From the NCBI GenBank assembly GCA_011523565.1, contig WTGL01000159.1:2101-66100 (forward strand): 64,000 bases of DNA, written 5' to 3'. Shown in pieces: positions 9,607-20,296 of this stretch. Under the pieces are notes generated by a model, which searched no databases, had not been told where the DNA came from, and was given only the letters and a program-made list of their open reading frames with translations. Numbering within the stretch: the first letter of the stretch is position 1; each line of letters opens with the position of its first letter. Source of the DNA: Acidobacteriota bacterium. Lineage in GTDB: Bacteria > Acidobacteriota > Thermoanaerobaculia > Multivoradales > Multivoraceae. The position numbers and the translations under genes were made by a program.

Positions 9607-11625
9607 ATGTGGCGTCGCCGACTCGTCGTCGCGACACTCCTTCTGAGCTGTCTGGGCGGGTCGGGCGCAGTCGCACAGCCGGTCGACGAAGCAACGGGCG
9701 ACAGCGGCCCGTTCCTGTTCGCGGCCGCCCGCATGCTGGCCGGCGAACCCGGCCGCACGGACGAGGCGCTGGAGCTCTTCGAGCGGGCGGTGGCCATGGA
9801 TCCGGAGGCACCCTTTCTGAGGGTCGGCCTCGCGGACTTCCTGGTTCGGCTCGGGCGGTTCGAGGAAGCGGCCGACCACCTGGCCGTCGCCTATCGGAAC
9901 GCGCCCAGGGATGTCGACGTGTTGCGCAGGTACGGACGAATTCAGATGGAACTCTCCGACCGCGGTCGGGACCGGGCGGCGATTGACCGCGCGCTCGAGG
10001 CGCTCGAGGCCCTGCGCGCGGTGGCACCGAGCGACATCGACGGCATGGCGGCCCTGTTCCAGATTCGTGGAGGGCTGGGACAGCACGGGGAGGCGGCCGC
10101 GGTTCTTGAGGAACTGGTCAGCTACCACAACGGCAACCGCCAGCTGCAGCACATGCTGGTCAACGCCCTGAGGACGGCGGGGGAGGAGGATCGGGCGCGC
10201 GAAGTCCAGGCGGAAATGCGGCGGTTCGGGGATCTCTCGTTCGAGGAACGATTGGAGCTGGCCACGAGGGAGGGCCGCCGGGGAAACCACTCCAGGGCGA
10301 TCGAAATGCTGGAGCGTCTGGTGGAGGAGTTCGCCGACGTCCCGCTCGTTCGAGCCACGCTGGCGGAGGCGTACTACTGGCGCGCGACGAGCCGCGGCCG
10401 GACGCCCGATCAACGAGCGGAGGATCTCGCCGTGGCCCTGCGCCGGTTGCGCGAACTCCCGCGCGCGGACCGCCGGAATCGGGCCATCCGCCTGCTGGAG
10501 GCGGGCATCCTCGGCGCCTCGGGCCGGACGAGCGAGGCGATCGATCTGCTCGAGGATCTGCGGAGGGAGCGGCCGGACGACCTGCAGGTTCTGTCCGAGT
10601 TCGTGCGCCAGTTGATCCAGGCGGACGAGTGGGAGCGAATCGGCCAGATCGGCCGTGGGCTGGTGGACAGGGCCGACCGCGGTACGGAGCCGGGCCGGGA
10701 CCTGGCCAACTACGGTCTCGGTCTGGTAGTCGAGGCGCTCCGGCGATCGGGTGAGACGGAGAGGGCCCTTGCCGAACTGGAGGCGGAGGAAGAGCGGCAG
10801 GGCGAATCGGTCGAACTCCTCCTGGGTCAGGCGGAACTGCTGGTGGAAGCGGGCAGAAAGCGGCGCGCGATGGCCATTCTGCGTCGTGACGCGGTCGCCA
10901 ACCGGCGTCTGCTGGCGGGCAGCCCGGACGGCACCCCCGACTACCAGGCGCTGGACCGGAAGGCGCGCCTGCTCTTCGATCTCGGAGCCGAACGGCAGGC
11001 AGTCAGGGTCTTCGAGGACCTCGCGGCGGGTGGGGACGTCGAGCGGCTGGAGGTCGTGGCGTCTCTGTGTTATCGGCAGGAACGGTTCGCGGAATCCGTC
11101 CCGTTTCTCGGGCGGGCGCTCGCGAGGATCGATGCCGGAGTGGAAGAAGCCGACTCCGCGACTCGTGTTCGCCTCCTGTTCCAGCTAGGCGCTTCCTACG
11201 AGCGCACGCGCCGCTACGAGGAGGCGGCCGAGCAGTTCCAGGCGGTGCTCGAGCTTCAGCCCGAACACAGCACCGCGATGAACTACCTGGGCTACATGTG
11301 GGCGGACAACAACGAGAACCTGGAGCAGGCGCTGGACCTCGTGCGCCGGGCCGTGGCTCTCGAACCGAACAACGGCGCCTACGTGGACTCCCTGGGCTGG
11401 GCGCTCTTCCGGCTGGGTGAGTTCGAAGAGGCACGACGCCACCTGGAACGAGCAAACCAGTTGGTGCCCGAGGACTCCGTCATCCTGGAGCATCTCGGCG
11501 ATGTCTACGTCGCGCTCGGCGACAAGCGGCGGGCTCGCGAAGCCTACGAGCACGCGCTCGCGATCAACGATGACGAAAACGTCGAGGCGGTGCGCCGCAA
11601 GCTGGGCAAACTGTCTCGGCGTTGA
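9607..11625 (+). CDS. secreted tetratricopeptide-repeat protein
   Basis: Signal peptide MWRRRLVVATLLLSCLGGSGAVAQP followed by many TPR-like helical repeats. Start set at the ATG at 9607. Confidence 0.7.
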   Translation: MWRRRLVVATLLLSCLGGSGAVAQPVDEATGDSGPFLFAAARMLAGEPGRTDEALELFERAVAMDPEAPFLRVGLADFLVRLGRFEEAADHLAVAYRNAPRDVDVLRRYGRIQMELSDRGRDRAAIDRALEALEALRAVAPSDIDGMAALFQIRGGLGQHGEAAAVLEELVSYHNGNRQLQHMLVNALRTAGEEDRAREVQAEMRRFGDLSFEERLELATREGRRGNHSRAIEMLERLVEEFADVPLVRATLAEAYYWRATSRGRTPDQRAEDLAVALRRLRELPRADRRNRAIRLLEAGILGASGRTSEAIDLLEDLRRERPDDLQVLSEFVRQLIQADEWERIGQIGRGLVDRADRGTEPGRDLANYGLGLVVEALRRSGETERALAELEAEEERQGESVELLLGQAELLVEAGRKRRAMAILRRDAVANRRLLAGSPDGTPDYQALDRKARLLFDLGAERQAVRVFEDLAAGGDVERLEVVASLCYRQERFAESVPFLGRALARIDAGVEEADSATRVRLLFQLGASYERTRRYEEAAEQFQAVLELQPEHSTAMNYLGYMWADNNENLEQALDLVRRAVALEPNNGAYVDSLGWALFRLGEFEEARRHLERANQLVPEDSVILEHLGDVYVALGDKRRAREAYEHALAINDDENVEAVRRKLGKLSRR

Positions 11626-11632
11626 GGGCTGG

Positions 11633-12406
11633 CTGACGTCTTCCAGCCGGTTCGCGGCGCCCCTGCTGGTGCTGGCCGCCGTGTCCTGGCTGATCGGCTG
11701 CGCCAGTACCGGACCGACCCGCGAGGTTCAGCCCGCCGCCGACCCAGGCGGCGCCCGAGCCGCACTGCCGTGGGAGATTCCCGGAGTGGAGTGGGGTACC
11801 CAGCGCATCGTCAGGATGCGGTACGACGGTCCGGAGGGGGAGGGAACGCTCCGCCTCGTGCTGCGCTTCGAGTCGCCGGACCGCTTTCAGGTGGAGGCCT
11901 CGGACCGCCTGGGGCGCCGATGGTGGGACCTCAACGTCCAGGATGGCAGCGCCCTGGTGCTGTGGGTGCGTGAGCGGACGTTCTGCCGTTACCGTGGCGA
12001 CCTCGAGATTCCCGCCCTCTCGCTCGGACCGGTCCCGGCCGGAGCGGTCGCCGCGCTGCTGCTGCTGCGCCTGCCGGCGCCGCCGGTCGAACCCGGCGTC
12101 CTGGAGGACACTACGGCCGCGGGCTCCGGTGCCGTGGAACTCGACTTCGGAGATCGATGGGGCCGGCGCTGGACGGCGGTGACCACGGCGAGCGCTCCGC
12201 GGAGCTGGACGCTGCACCGGGGCGCCCAGACAAGGGCCTCCTGGCGGGTCGACGCCGACGGCATGGCGCGACTGGTGGAGCCCGAGACGGGACTCGAGCT
12301 GCGCTGGCTTCAGAACCGGGCGGCGAAGCCACTCAGGGGTGCGCTGCGGGCGCCGGAAGTGCCGAACGGGTTCGTACCGGGCGTCTGCGAGTCCGGCGCC
12401 CGATGA
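11633..12406 (+). CDS. LolB-like outer-membrane lipoprotein (apparent CTG start)
   Basis: Lipoprotein signal LTSSSRFAAPLLVLAAVSWLIGC with lipobox. No ATG/GTG/TTG lies between the TPR stop at 11625 and the signal peptide, whereas CTG at 11633 follows a GAGGG SD-like motif. Conserved lolB-ispE-prs order. Confidence 0.5.
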   Translation: MTSSSRFAAPLLVLAAVSWLIGCASTGPTREVQPAADPGGARAALPWEIPGVEWGTQRIVRMRYDGPEGEGTLRLVLRFESPDRFQVEASDRLGRRWWDLNVQDGSALVLWVRERTFCRYRGDLEIPALSLGPVPAGAVAALLLLRLPAPPVEPGVLEDTTAAGSGAVELDFGDRWGRRWTAVTTASAPRSWTLHRGAQTRASWRVDADGMARLVEPETGLELRWLQNRAAKPLRGALRAPEVPNGFVPGVCESGAR

Positions 12407-13293
12407 GAACGCAGGTCAGCCTGGAGTGCCCCGCCAAGGTCAACCTGAGTCTGCGGGTCCACCGCCGGCGCCCGGACGGCTATCACGCGATCTCGACCGT
12501 GCTGCAGACGATCGCTCTCTGCGACCGGCTCACGGTGAGCCGCACCGAACCGGAGGCCCCCTTGCGCCTCGACGTGCCGGGCGGCGGTGCACCAGCCGAT
12601 GACTCCAACCTCGTGATGGCGGCGGCGCGGACCTTCTTCGGCGCGATCGGCGAGCCGGCGCGGGGCGTGCGCTTCGAGTTGAGGAAGCGGATTCCGGCGG
12701 CGAGCGGACTCGGCGGCGGCAGCAGTGATGCGGCGGGGACGCTGTTGGCGCTGCAGGAACTCTGGGGCGAACCCCTCAGTACCGATCGCCTCCACACCGC
12801 GGCCGCCGCCGTCGGTTCCGATGTGCCTTTCTTCCTGGTCGGTGGGACGGTGCTGGCGACCGGCCGGGGAGAACGTCTGCGGCTGATGGACGACGTGGCC
12901 CCGACGCCGGTCATCGTCGCGGCGCCGGCGATGGAGGTGTCCACCACCGCCGTCTACAGCCACTGGAGTCGCCCTGGAGGAAGCGATGCGGAGTTCGGGG
13001 AGGAAGAGCTGCTGCCGCCGCCCTCGATGCGGCGCGAGACGGCCCAGTGGCTTCGGGGAAACGACCTGGAACCAATCGTCCGGCGTCTTCACCCGGAGGT
13101 GGACCGGCTGCTCGTCGGGCTCCGCGCGGCAACGCTCGACGGGTCGGACCGGGGCCCGCAGCTTTCCGGTGCCGGTGGGGCGGCGTTCGGTGTCGGAAAC
13201 TGGAAGGACGCCGAGCGCGCGGTGGCGGGTCACAACGTGCGCCTGTTCCGAACCTCGACGCTGCCCGGGCGTTCAAGGCCGGAGCGCTCGTGA
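12403..13293 (+). CDS. ispE: 4-diphosphocytidyl-2-C-methyl-D-erythritol kinase
   Basis: GHMP kinase motifs (KVNLSLRV, PAASGLGGGSSDAAG). ATGA overlap with the upstream lipoprotein gene. Confidence 0.9.
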   Translation: MRTQVSLECPAKVNLSLRVHRRRPDGYHAISTVLQTIALCDRLTVSRTEPEAPLRLDVPGGGAPADDSNLVMAAARTFFGAIGEPARGVRFELRKRIPAASGLGGGSSDAAGTLLALQELWGEPLSTDRLHTAAAAVGSDVPFFLVGGTVLATGRGERLRLMDDVAPTPVIVAAPAMEVSTTAVYSHWSRPGGSDAEFGEEELLPPPSMRRETAQWLRGNDLEPIVRRLHPEVDRLLVGLRAATLDGSDRGPQLSGAGGAAFGVGNWKDAERAVAGHNVRLFRTSTLPGRSRPERS

Positions 13294-13361
13294 GGACCCT
13301 TCCGGGGTTGCCGTCGAGCGTCTCATCTGCCGCCGCTTCATGTACAATCCGCCGGCCCGTC

Positions 13362-13436
13362 TGGGGCGTCGCCAAGTGGTAAGGCACGAGACTTTGGATC
13401 TCGCATTCGGGGGTTCGATTCCTCCCGCCCCAACCA
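13362..13436 (+). tRNA. tRNA-Gln (anticodon TTG), CCA encoded
   Basis: Cloverleaf folded by hand: acceptor TGGGGCG/CGCCCCA, anticodon loop CTTTGGA. Confidence 0.85.
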
Positions 13437-13503
13437 CGCAGCCGCGCCAGCCTCCTCCCCGTTGCAACACATGACCGTTCACGCCAACAACGTCGAGCGA
13501 GCC

Positions 13504-14445
13504 ATGTACACGGAGTTGAAGATCTTCGGAGGGCGCGCGCACCCCGCCCTGACGAACGAGATCTGCAACTACCTGGGCATGGTGCCCGGCCAGGTCACCG
13601 CCTACAACTTCGCCGACGGAGAGATCTTCTGCCAGATCCAGGAGAACGTACGCGGCACGGACGTGTTCATCGTCCAGCCGACCTGCACGCCGGTGAACGA
13701 CAACTTCGTCGAACTGCTGATCATGCTGGACGCGGTGAAACGGGCATCGGCGGCGCGCGTTACCGCCGTCCTGCCGTACTACGGCTACGCCCGCCAGGAC
13801 AAGAAGGACAAACCGCGAGTCCCCATCACGGCCAAGCTGGTGGCGGACCTGATCACCGCCGCGGGTGCCGACCGGCTGCTGACGATGGATGTTCACGCGG
13901 CCCAGATCTCCGGCTACTTCGACATCCCCGTCGACCACCTGTTCGCTGCGCCGGTTCTGCTGGACGCCATCAGGGCGCTGGGTATCGACGATCTGATGAT
14001 CGTGGCCCCGGACGCCGGCGGTGTGGCGAGGGCGCGAGCGATCGCCAAGCGCCTGCACACGGAACTCGCCATCATCGACAAGCGCCGGGTGGCCGCGAAC
14101 GAGGCCGAGGTGATGAACGTGATCGGCGACGTGAAGGGACGGGACCTTCTGATCCTCGACGACATCATCGACACCGGCGGTACGCTGCTGAACTCCGTCG
14201 AATCGCTGGCGGCCCAGGGAGCGCGGAGGATCTTCGCAGCCGGGATACACGGCGTTCTCTCGGCTTCCGCGATCGAACGAATCGAAAACTCGAAACTCGA
14301 GGGCGTGCTGGTGACGAACACGACGCCGCTCGAGGACAAGCTCGCCCGCAGCACGCGGCTGCGTCCGCACAGTGTTGCAGCCCTGCTCGGCGAGGCCATT
14401 CGCAGAATCCACGACAACAGCTCCGTGACCTCCCTCTTCGTCTGA
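13504..14445 (+). CDS. prs: ribose-phosphate pyrophosphokinase
   Basis: MYTELKIFGG N-terminus, PRPP-binding loop and DGEIF motif. Alternative upstream starts at 13462 or 13471 are possible. Confidence 0.9.
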   Translation: MYTELKIFGGRAHPALTNEICNYLGMVPGQVTAYNFADGEIFCQIQENVRGTDVFIVQPTCTPVNDNFVELLIMLDAVKRASAARVTAVLPYYGYARQDKKDKPRVPITAKLVADLITAAGADRLLTMDVHAAQISGYFDIPVDHLFAAPVLLDAIRALGIDDLMIVAPDAGGVARARAIAKRLHTELAIIDKRRVAANEAEVMNVIGDVKGRDLLILDDIIDTGGTLLNSVESLAAQGARRIFAAGIHGVLSASAIERIENSKLEGVLVTNTTPLEDKLARSTRLRPHSVAALLGEAIRRIHDNSSVTSLFV

Positions 14446-14472
14446 GCTGTTCAGGAAACCAAGGAGCTCGAC

Positions 14473-15141
14473 GTGAGCGAACCGACCGTCACCGTCCGGC
14501 TGCGTGAGCAGACCGGAAAGAACGCGAACCGCCGCCTGCGCGCGGCGGGTGAGATCCCGGCCGTCGTGTACGGCGGCGAGGGGGATTCGGCGGCCATCCG
14601 GGTCGACGGCAAGAGCGTGCAGACGCTGATTCGGGAAGGCGGGGAGAACGCCGTCTTCCTGCTCCAACTGGAGGGCACGGATCGCACGCGACACACGATG
14701 ATCCGCGATCTGCAATGGAACCCCCTGACCGGGTCCCTGGTCCACATCGACTTCCTGCGCGTGAAGATGGACCAGGAAGTGCAGGTCTCGGTGCCGATCG
14801 CACTGGTCGGAAGCCCCGAGGGAGTCAGGAACGAAGGTGGCCTGCTGGAGTTCATCACCCGCGAGGTGGGAGTCGTCTGCCTGCCCGGCGACATTCCGGT
14901 TTCGATCGAACTCGATGTCGAGCCGCTGCACATCGGCCAGCACGTGGAAGCCGGCGAACTCGTTCTTCCCTCGGCGGTGCGGCTGGAGGAGGACGAGAGC
15001 CGCGTGATCGTGTCGGTGGCCGCGAAGAAGGTCATCGAAGAGGAGGAAGAAGTCCCCGAGGAGGACGAACTGCTGGAGGCCGTCGCCGAGGAGCCCGAGA
15101 TGGTGGGCGCGAAGACGGAATCGGAGGACGAAGACGACTAG
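14473..15141 (+). CDS. rplY: 50S ribosomal protein L25 / general stress protein Ctc
   Basis: L25/Ctc family with an acidic C-terminal extension. Confidence 0.9.
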   Translation: MSEPTVTVRLREQTGKNANRRLRAAGEIPAVVYGGEGDSAAIRVDGKSVQTLIREGGENAVFLLQLEGTDRTRHTMIRDLQWNPLTGSLVHIDFLRVKMDQEVQVSVPIALVGSPEGVRNEGGLLEFITREVGVVCLPGDIPVSIELDVEPLHIGQHVEAGELVLPSAVRLEEDESRVIVSVAAKKVIEEEEEVPEEDELLEAVAEEPEMVGAKTESEDEDD

Positions 15142-15172
15142 GGGCGCCGGTGGCGCCGACGAGCCGTCGCGA

Positions 15173-15745
15173 CTGGTCCTCGGTCTGGGCAATCCGGGCG
15201 AGCGGTACTCCGACACGCGCCACAACCTCGGCTTTCGCGTGGTCGAGGAACTGGCCAGGCGACTGGACGTCCGTCTAGGCCTGAAGGTCTGCGGAGCACT
15301 CTGGAGCGCGGCGAGCCCCGTCGATCTGGCGACCCCTCAGACCTACATGAACCGCAGCGGCTACAGTGCGCGCTGTCTCAGTGAACGAAATGGCTATGCT
15401 CCGGAGAACATCCTGGTCGTCTACGACGAAGTCCATCTGCCCCTGGGAAGGCTGCGTCTTCGCGGCAGGGGCAGTCCGGGCGGCCACCGGGGAATGGAAT
15501 CGATCATCGAGAACCTGCGCACCACTGCGGTGCCCCGGCTCAGGCTGGGCATCGCGGCGGAGGGAGCAGAACAAACAGATGGAAGTGCGGGCGGCAGGAA
15601 GGGAGAACTCACGGACTTCGTGCTCGCTCCCTTCGCCGGCGGGGAAGTCGAAACGGCGGCGCGCATGGTGTGCCGGGCGGCCGACTGCGTCCTGAGCTGG
15701 GTCGACCGCGGTGTCGACATCACCATGAACGAGTACAACGGATGA
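15173..15745 (+). CDS. pth: peptidyl-tRNA hydrolase (apparent CTG start or -1 frameshift)
   Basis: The [21 protein letters not shown] catalytic N-terminus is encoded in frame, but there is no ATG/GTG/TTG between the in-frame stop at 15005 and the GTG at 15239. CTG at 15173 sits at the expected start. Confidence 0.7.
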   Translation: MVLGLGNPGERYSDTRHNLGFRVVEELARRLDVRLGLKVCGALWSAASPVDLATPQTYMNRSGYSARCLSERNGYAPENILVVYDEVHLPLGRLRLRGRGSPGGHRGMESIIENLRTTAVPRLRLGIAAEGAEQTDGSAGGRKGELTDFVLAPFAGGEVETAARMVCRAADCVLSWVDRGVDITMNEYNG

Positions 15746-15758
15746 GGGGAAACGGATA

Positions 15759-17831
<2,073 letters not shown>

Positions 17832-17904
17832 CGGGCGGGCGTGATAGATTCCGCCGCCGATTCGTTGCGGCCCTGGAGCCAACGAACACGACGAGGACGA
17901 ACGA

Positions 17905-18273
17905 TTGACACGGACATACGAACTGGTCTTCATAGCGGACCCGCGCCTCTCGGACGAGGAGACGGTGCAGTTGAGCGACGGTTTCGCCGAGATGCTGACA
18001 GCGGACGGCAAGACCCGGATTACCCAGGAGGAATCCTGGGGTAAGCGCCGGCTCGCCTATCCCATTCGGAAGTTCACCGAGGGGCGGTACCACATCTATT
18101 ACCTGGAATCGGACGGAGGCGACAACAGTCTTGCCGAGGTGGGGCAGCGGATGCTCCAGAACGAGCGCATCCTGCGCCACCTCGTCGTGCGCACGGACCT
18201 CGATCTGAAGCGCGCGGCAAGCAAGGGCAAGGCTCCGGTCCGGTCGACGGTACTCGCCGAGACCGCTAGCTAA
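17905..18273 (+). CDS. rpsF: 30S ribosomal protein S6
   Basis: Resembles S6 (YELVFI). TTG start. Confidence 0.9.
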   Translation: MTRTYELVFIADPRLSDEETVQLSDGFAEMLTADGKTRITQEESWGKRRLAYPIRKFTEGRYHIYYLESDGGDNSLAEVGQRMLQNERILRHLVVRTDLDLKRAASKGKAPVRSTVLAETAS

Positions 18274-18288
18274 GGGGAGTCGAGAGAG

Positions 18289-18519
18289 ATGGCGAAACGC
18301 AGAACCTTCTTCCGCCGCCGCAAGGTGTGCAAGTTCACCGCGGACGGCATCGAGTACATCGACTACAAGGATGTCGCGACCCTGCGGCCGTTCGTGCCGG
18401 AGCGGGCCAAGATCCTCCCGCGGAGGATCTCGGGCAACTCGGCCCGGCACCAGAGAATGCTGGCCCGGGCCATCCGGCGCGCCCGCTTTCTGGCCCTGAT
18501 TCCGTACACGACCGACTGA
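18289..18519 (+). CDS. rpsR: 30S ribosomal protein S18
   Basis: RRRKVCKF...DYKDV motif. Confidence 0.95.
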   Translation: MAKRRTFFRRRKVCKFTADGIEYIDYKDVATLRPFVPERAKILPRRISGNSARHQRMLARAIRRARFLALIPYTTD

Positions 18520-18555
18520 ACGGTCGAGAGCCTGGGGAGCTGACGAGGAAAAGCG

Positions 18556-19002
18556 ATGGAAGTCATCCTGCTTCAGGACATGAGGGGGCTCGGTACGCGC
18601 GGCGAAGTCGTCGACGTGAAGCCCGGCTACGCGCGGAACTACCTGTACCCGAGGGAGCTCGCCGCCCCGTCCACCGTGGCGAACCGGCACTGGTTCGAGT
18701 CCCAGCGGGCGAAGTTCGACGCCCGGCACGCGGCGGAACGCTCGGCTGCGGCGGAGGTCGCGGCCGAGCTTGCGGCGCTGAAGGTCGAGATCGCCAAGCG
18801 GGCGAGCGAGACGGGAACTCTCTACGGTTCCGTGACGCCGACGGAAGTCGTCGAGGCGCTGGCAGCCAAGGGCGTTCAGGTGCATCGGCGGATGGTGGAC
18901 CTGTCGGGCGGCATCAAGGCGCTTGGCGATCATGTGGTGCGGATCGACCTGCACACGGAGGTGATCGCCGAAGTTGCACTCGAGGTCGTGCCTGAGACGT
19001 AG
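18556..19002 (+). CDS. rplI: 50S ribosomal protein L9
   Basis: MEVILLQD...GYARNYLYP motif. Confidence 0.95.
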   Translation: MEVILLQDMRGLGTRGEVVDVKPGYARNYLYPRELAAPSTVANRHWFESQRAKFDARHAAERSAAAEVAAELAALKVEIAKRASETGTLYGSVTPTEVVEALAAKGVQVHRRMVDLSGGIKALGDHVVRIDLHTEVIAEVALEVVPET

Positions 19003-19075
19003 AGCCTCCAGCGAGGCGGACGTCCCGGCGGAGACGTCCGAACAGACCGCGCACTCCGGCGGTGACAGGGGACCA

Positions 19076-20296
19076 ATGGGAGTCGAAGACTCCCTCCGGC
19101 ACACGGACGTCGAGGACTTTCTGGGCGATCGGCCTACCCGTCGCCTGGAGGACTGGCGCCATCTGTGGGAGAGGGACGTTCCGTTCCCGATTCGCAGCCA
19201 CCGCGGCCTTGCCGGGAGCCTGCTGGTGGCCTTCAAGCGGCTGCTGCGTCCCTTCGTTCGCCTGCCGCAGAGCGATCTCTGGGAGCGCCAGCGGGTCTTC
19301 AACCTGATCCTGCTCGGCCACGTCCAGGATCAGGCCCAGCGCTTTCGGGACTGGCGGAGGCACCAGGAGCAGGTCGACCGGGCGCTCGAGGAGCGCATCG
19401 GGGAACTGGATCGGCGGACCCGGCACCTGGAGAACTTCCTGCGCCAGGGCCTGGACGAGGTCATGCGGCACGATGACGCCCTGTTCGGCCGCGTGGACCG
19501 GAAGCTGGACCGGTACCGGCGCGAAGCGGACGAACTCGTCGGCCTCCTGCGATCGGCTCTGGACCGGAGCGGCGAGGAAGCGACCGAAGACGTGCGATCC
19601 ATCGTCGACGATGCCGCCTACCTGACGTTCGAGGACCGGTTTCGCGGCGGCGAGGAGGAGATCAGGAAGCGCATCGAGGTCTATCTGCCGCGGCTCCGCG
19701 AAGCGGCACCCGTGCTGGATCTGGGTTGCGGCCGGGGCGAGGCGCTGATGCTCCTCGAAGAGGAGGGAGTCGAGTGCCGCGGTATCGATTCGTCCGCCGC
19801 CATGGTGCGCCGCTGTTCGCGGCGGGGCCTTCGCGTCGAGCAGGGGGATCTGCCGGAGGCCCTGGCCGGCCTCGAGCCGGGATCGCTGGGCGGGATCGTG
19901 TCCTTCCACGTGATCGAGCATTTGCCTCCGGCAGCGATCGACCGCCTCGTGCGACTGGCGTTCACAGCCCTCCGACCCGGTGGAATCCTGCTGCTCGAGA
20001 CGCCGAACCCCCTATCCGTCTGTGTGACCGCGCGCAGCTTCTGGCTCGACCCGACGCATCTGCGCCCGGTTCACCCGGAAACGCTCCGGGCCAGCTTCGA
20101 GAGCTCCGGGTTCTCCAGCGTCGAACGGCTCGACCTGCGGCCCTATCCCCCAGAGGAGCGTCTGCCGGAGATTCCGCTGGACGGGTTGGACGGCCAGACC
20201 CTGGAACTGGCGGATCGCCTGAACCGCCTGCGCGACGAGATCGACGACGTCCTCTACGGCCATCGCGACTACGCGCTGATCGGCACCCGGCCCTAG
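19076..20296 (+). CDS. class I SAM-dependent methyltransferase with N-terminal coiled-coil region
   Basis: Methyltransferase motif I VLDLGCGRGE and post-I motif. N-terminal ~200 aa predicted helical/coiled-coil. Start taken at MGVEDSL just after rplI. Confidence 0.6.
   Translation: MGVEDSLRHTDVEDFLGDRPTRRLEDWRHLWERDVPFPIRSHRGLAGSLLVAFKRLLRPFVRLPQSDLWERQRVFNLILLGHVQDQAQRFRDWRRHQEQVDRALEERIGELDRRTRHLENFLRQGLDEVMRHDDALFGRVDRKLDRYRREADELVGLLRSALDRSGEEATEDVRSIVDDAAYLTFEDRFRGGEEEIRKRIEVYLPRLREAAPVLDLGCGRGEALMLLEEEGVECRGIDSSAAMVRRCSRRGLRVEQGDLPEALAGLEPGSLGGIVSFHVIEHLPPAAIDRLVRLAFTALRPGGILLLETPNPLSVCVTARSFWLDPTHLRPVHPETLRASFESSGFSSVERLDLRPYPPEERLPEIPLDGLDGQTLELADRLNRLRDEIDDVLYGHRDYALIGTRP

Noticed and set aside
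12157-12402. N-terminal 82-aa extension of ispE from the ORF track
   Set aside because: The extension is Arg/Gly-rich junk overlapping the upstream lipoprotein gene in another frame. The conserved IspE N-terminus MRTQVSLECPAKVNLSL starts at 12403.
15239-15745. pth starting at the GTG at 15239, as in the ORF track
   Set aside because: That start would remove the GLGNPG loop and the catalytic His of peptidyl-tRNA hydrolase. The upstream in-frame sequence clearly encodes them.
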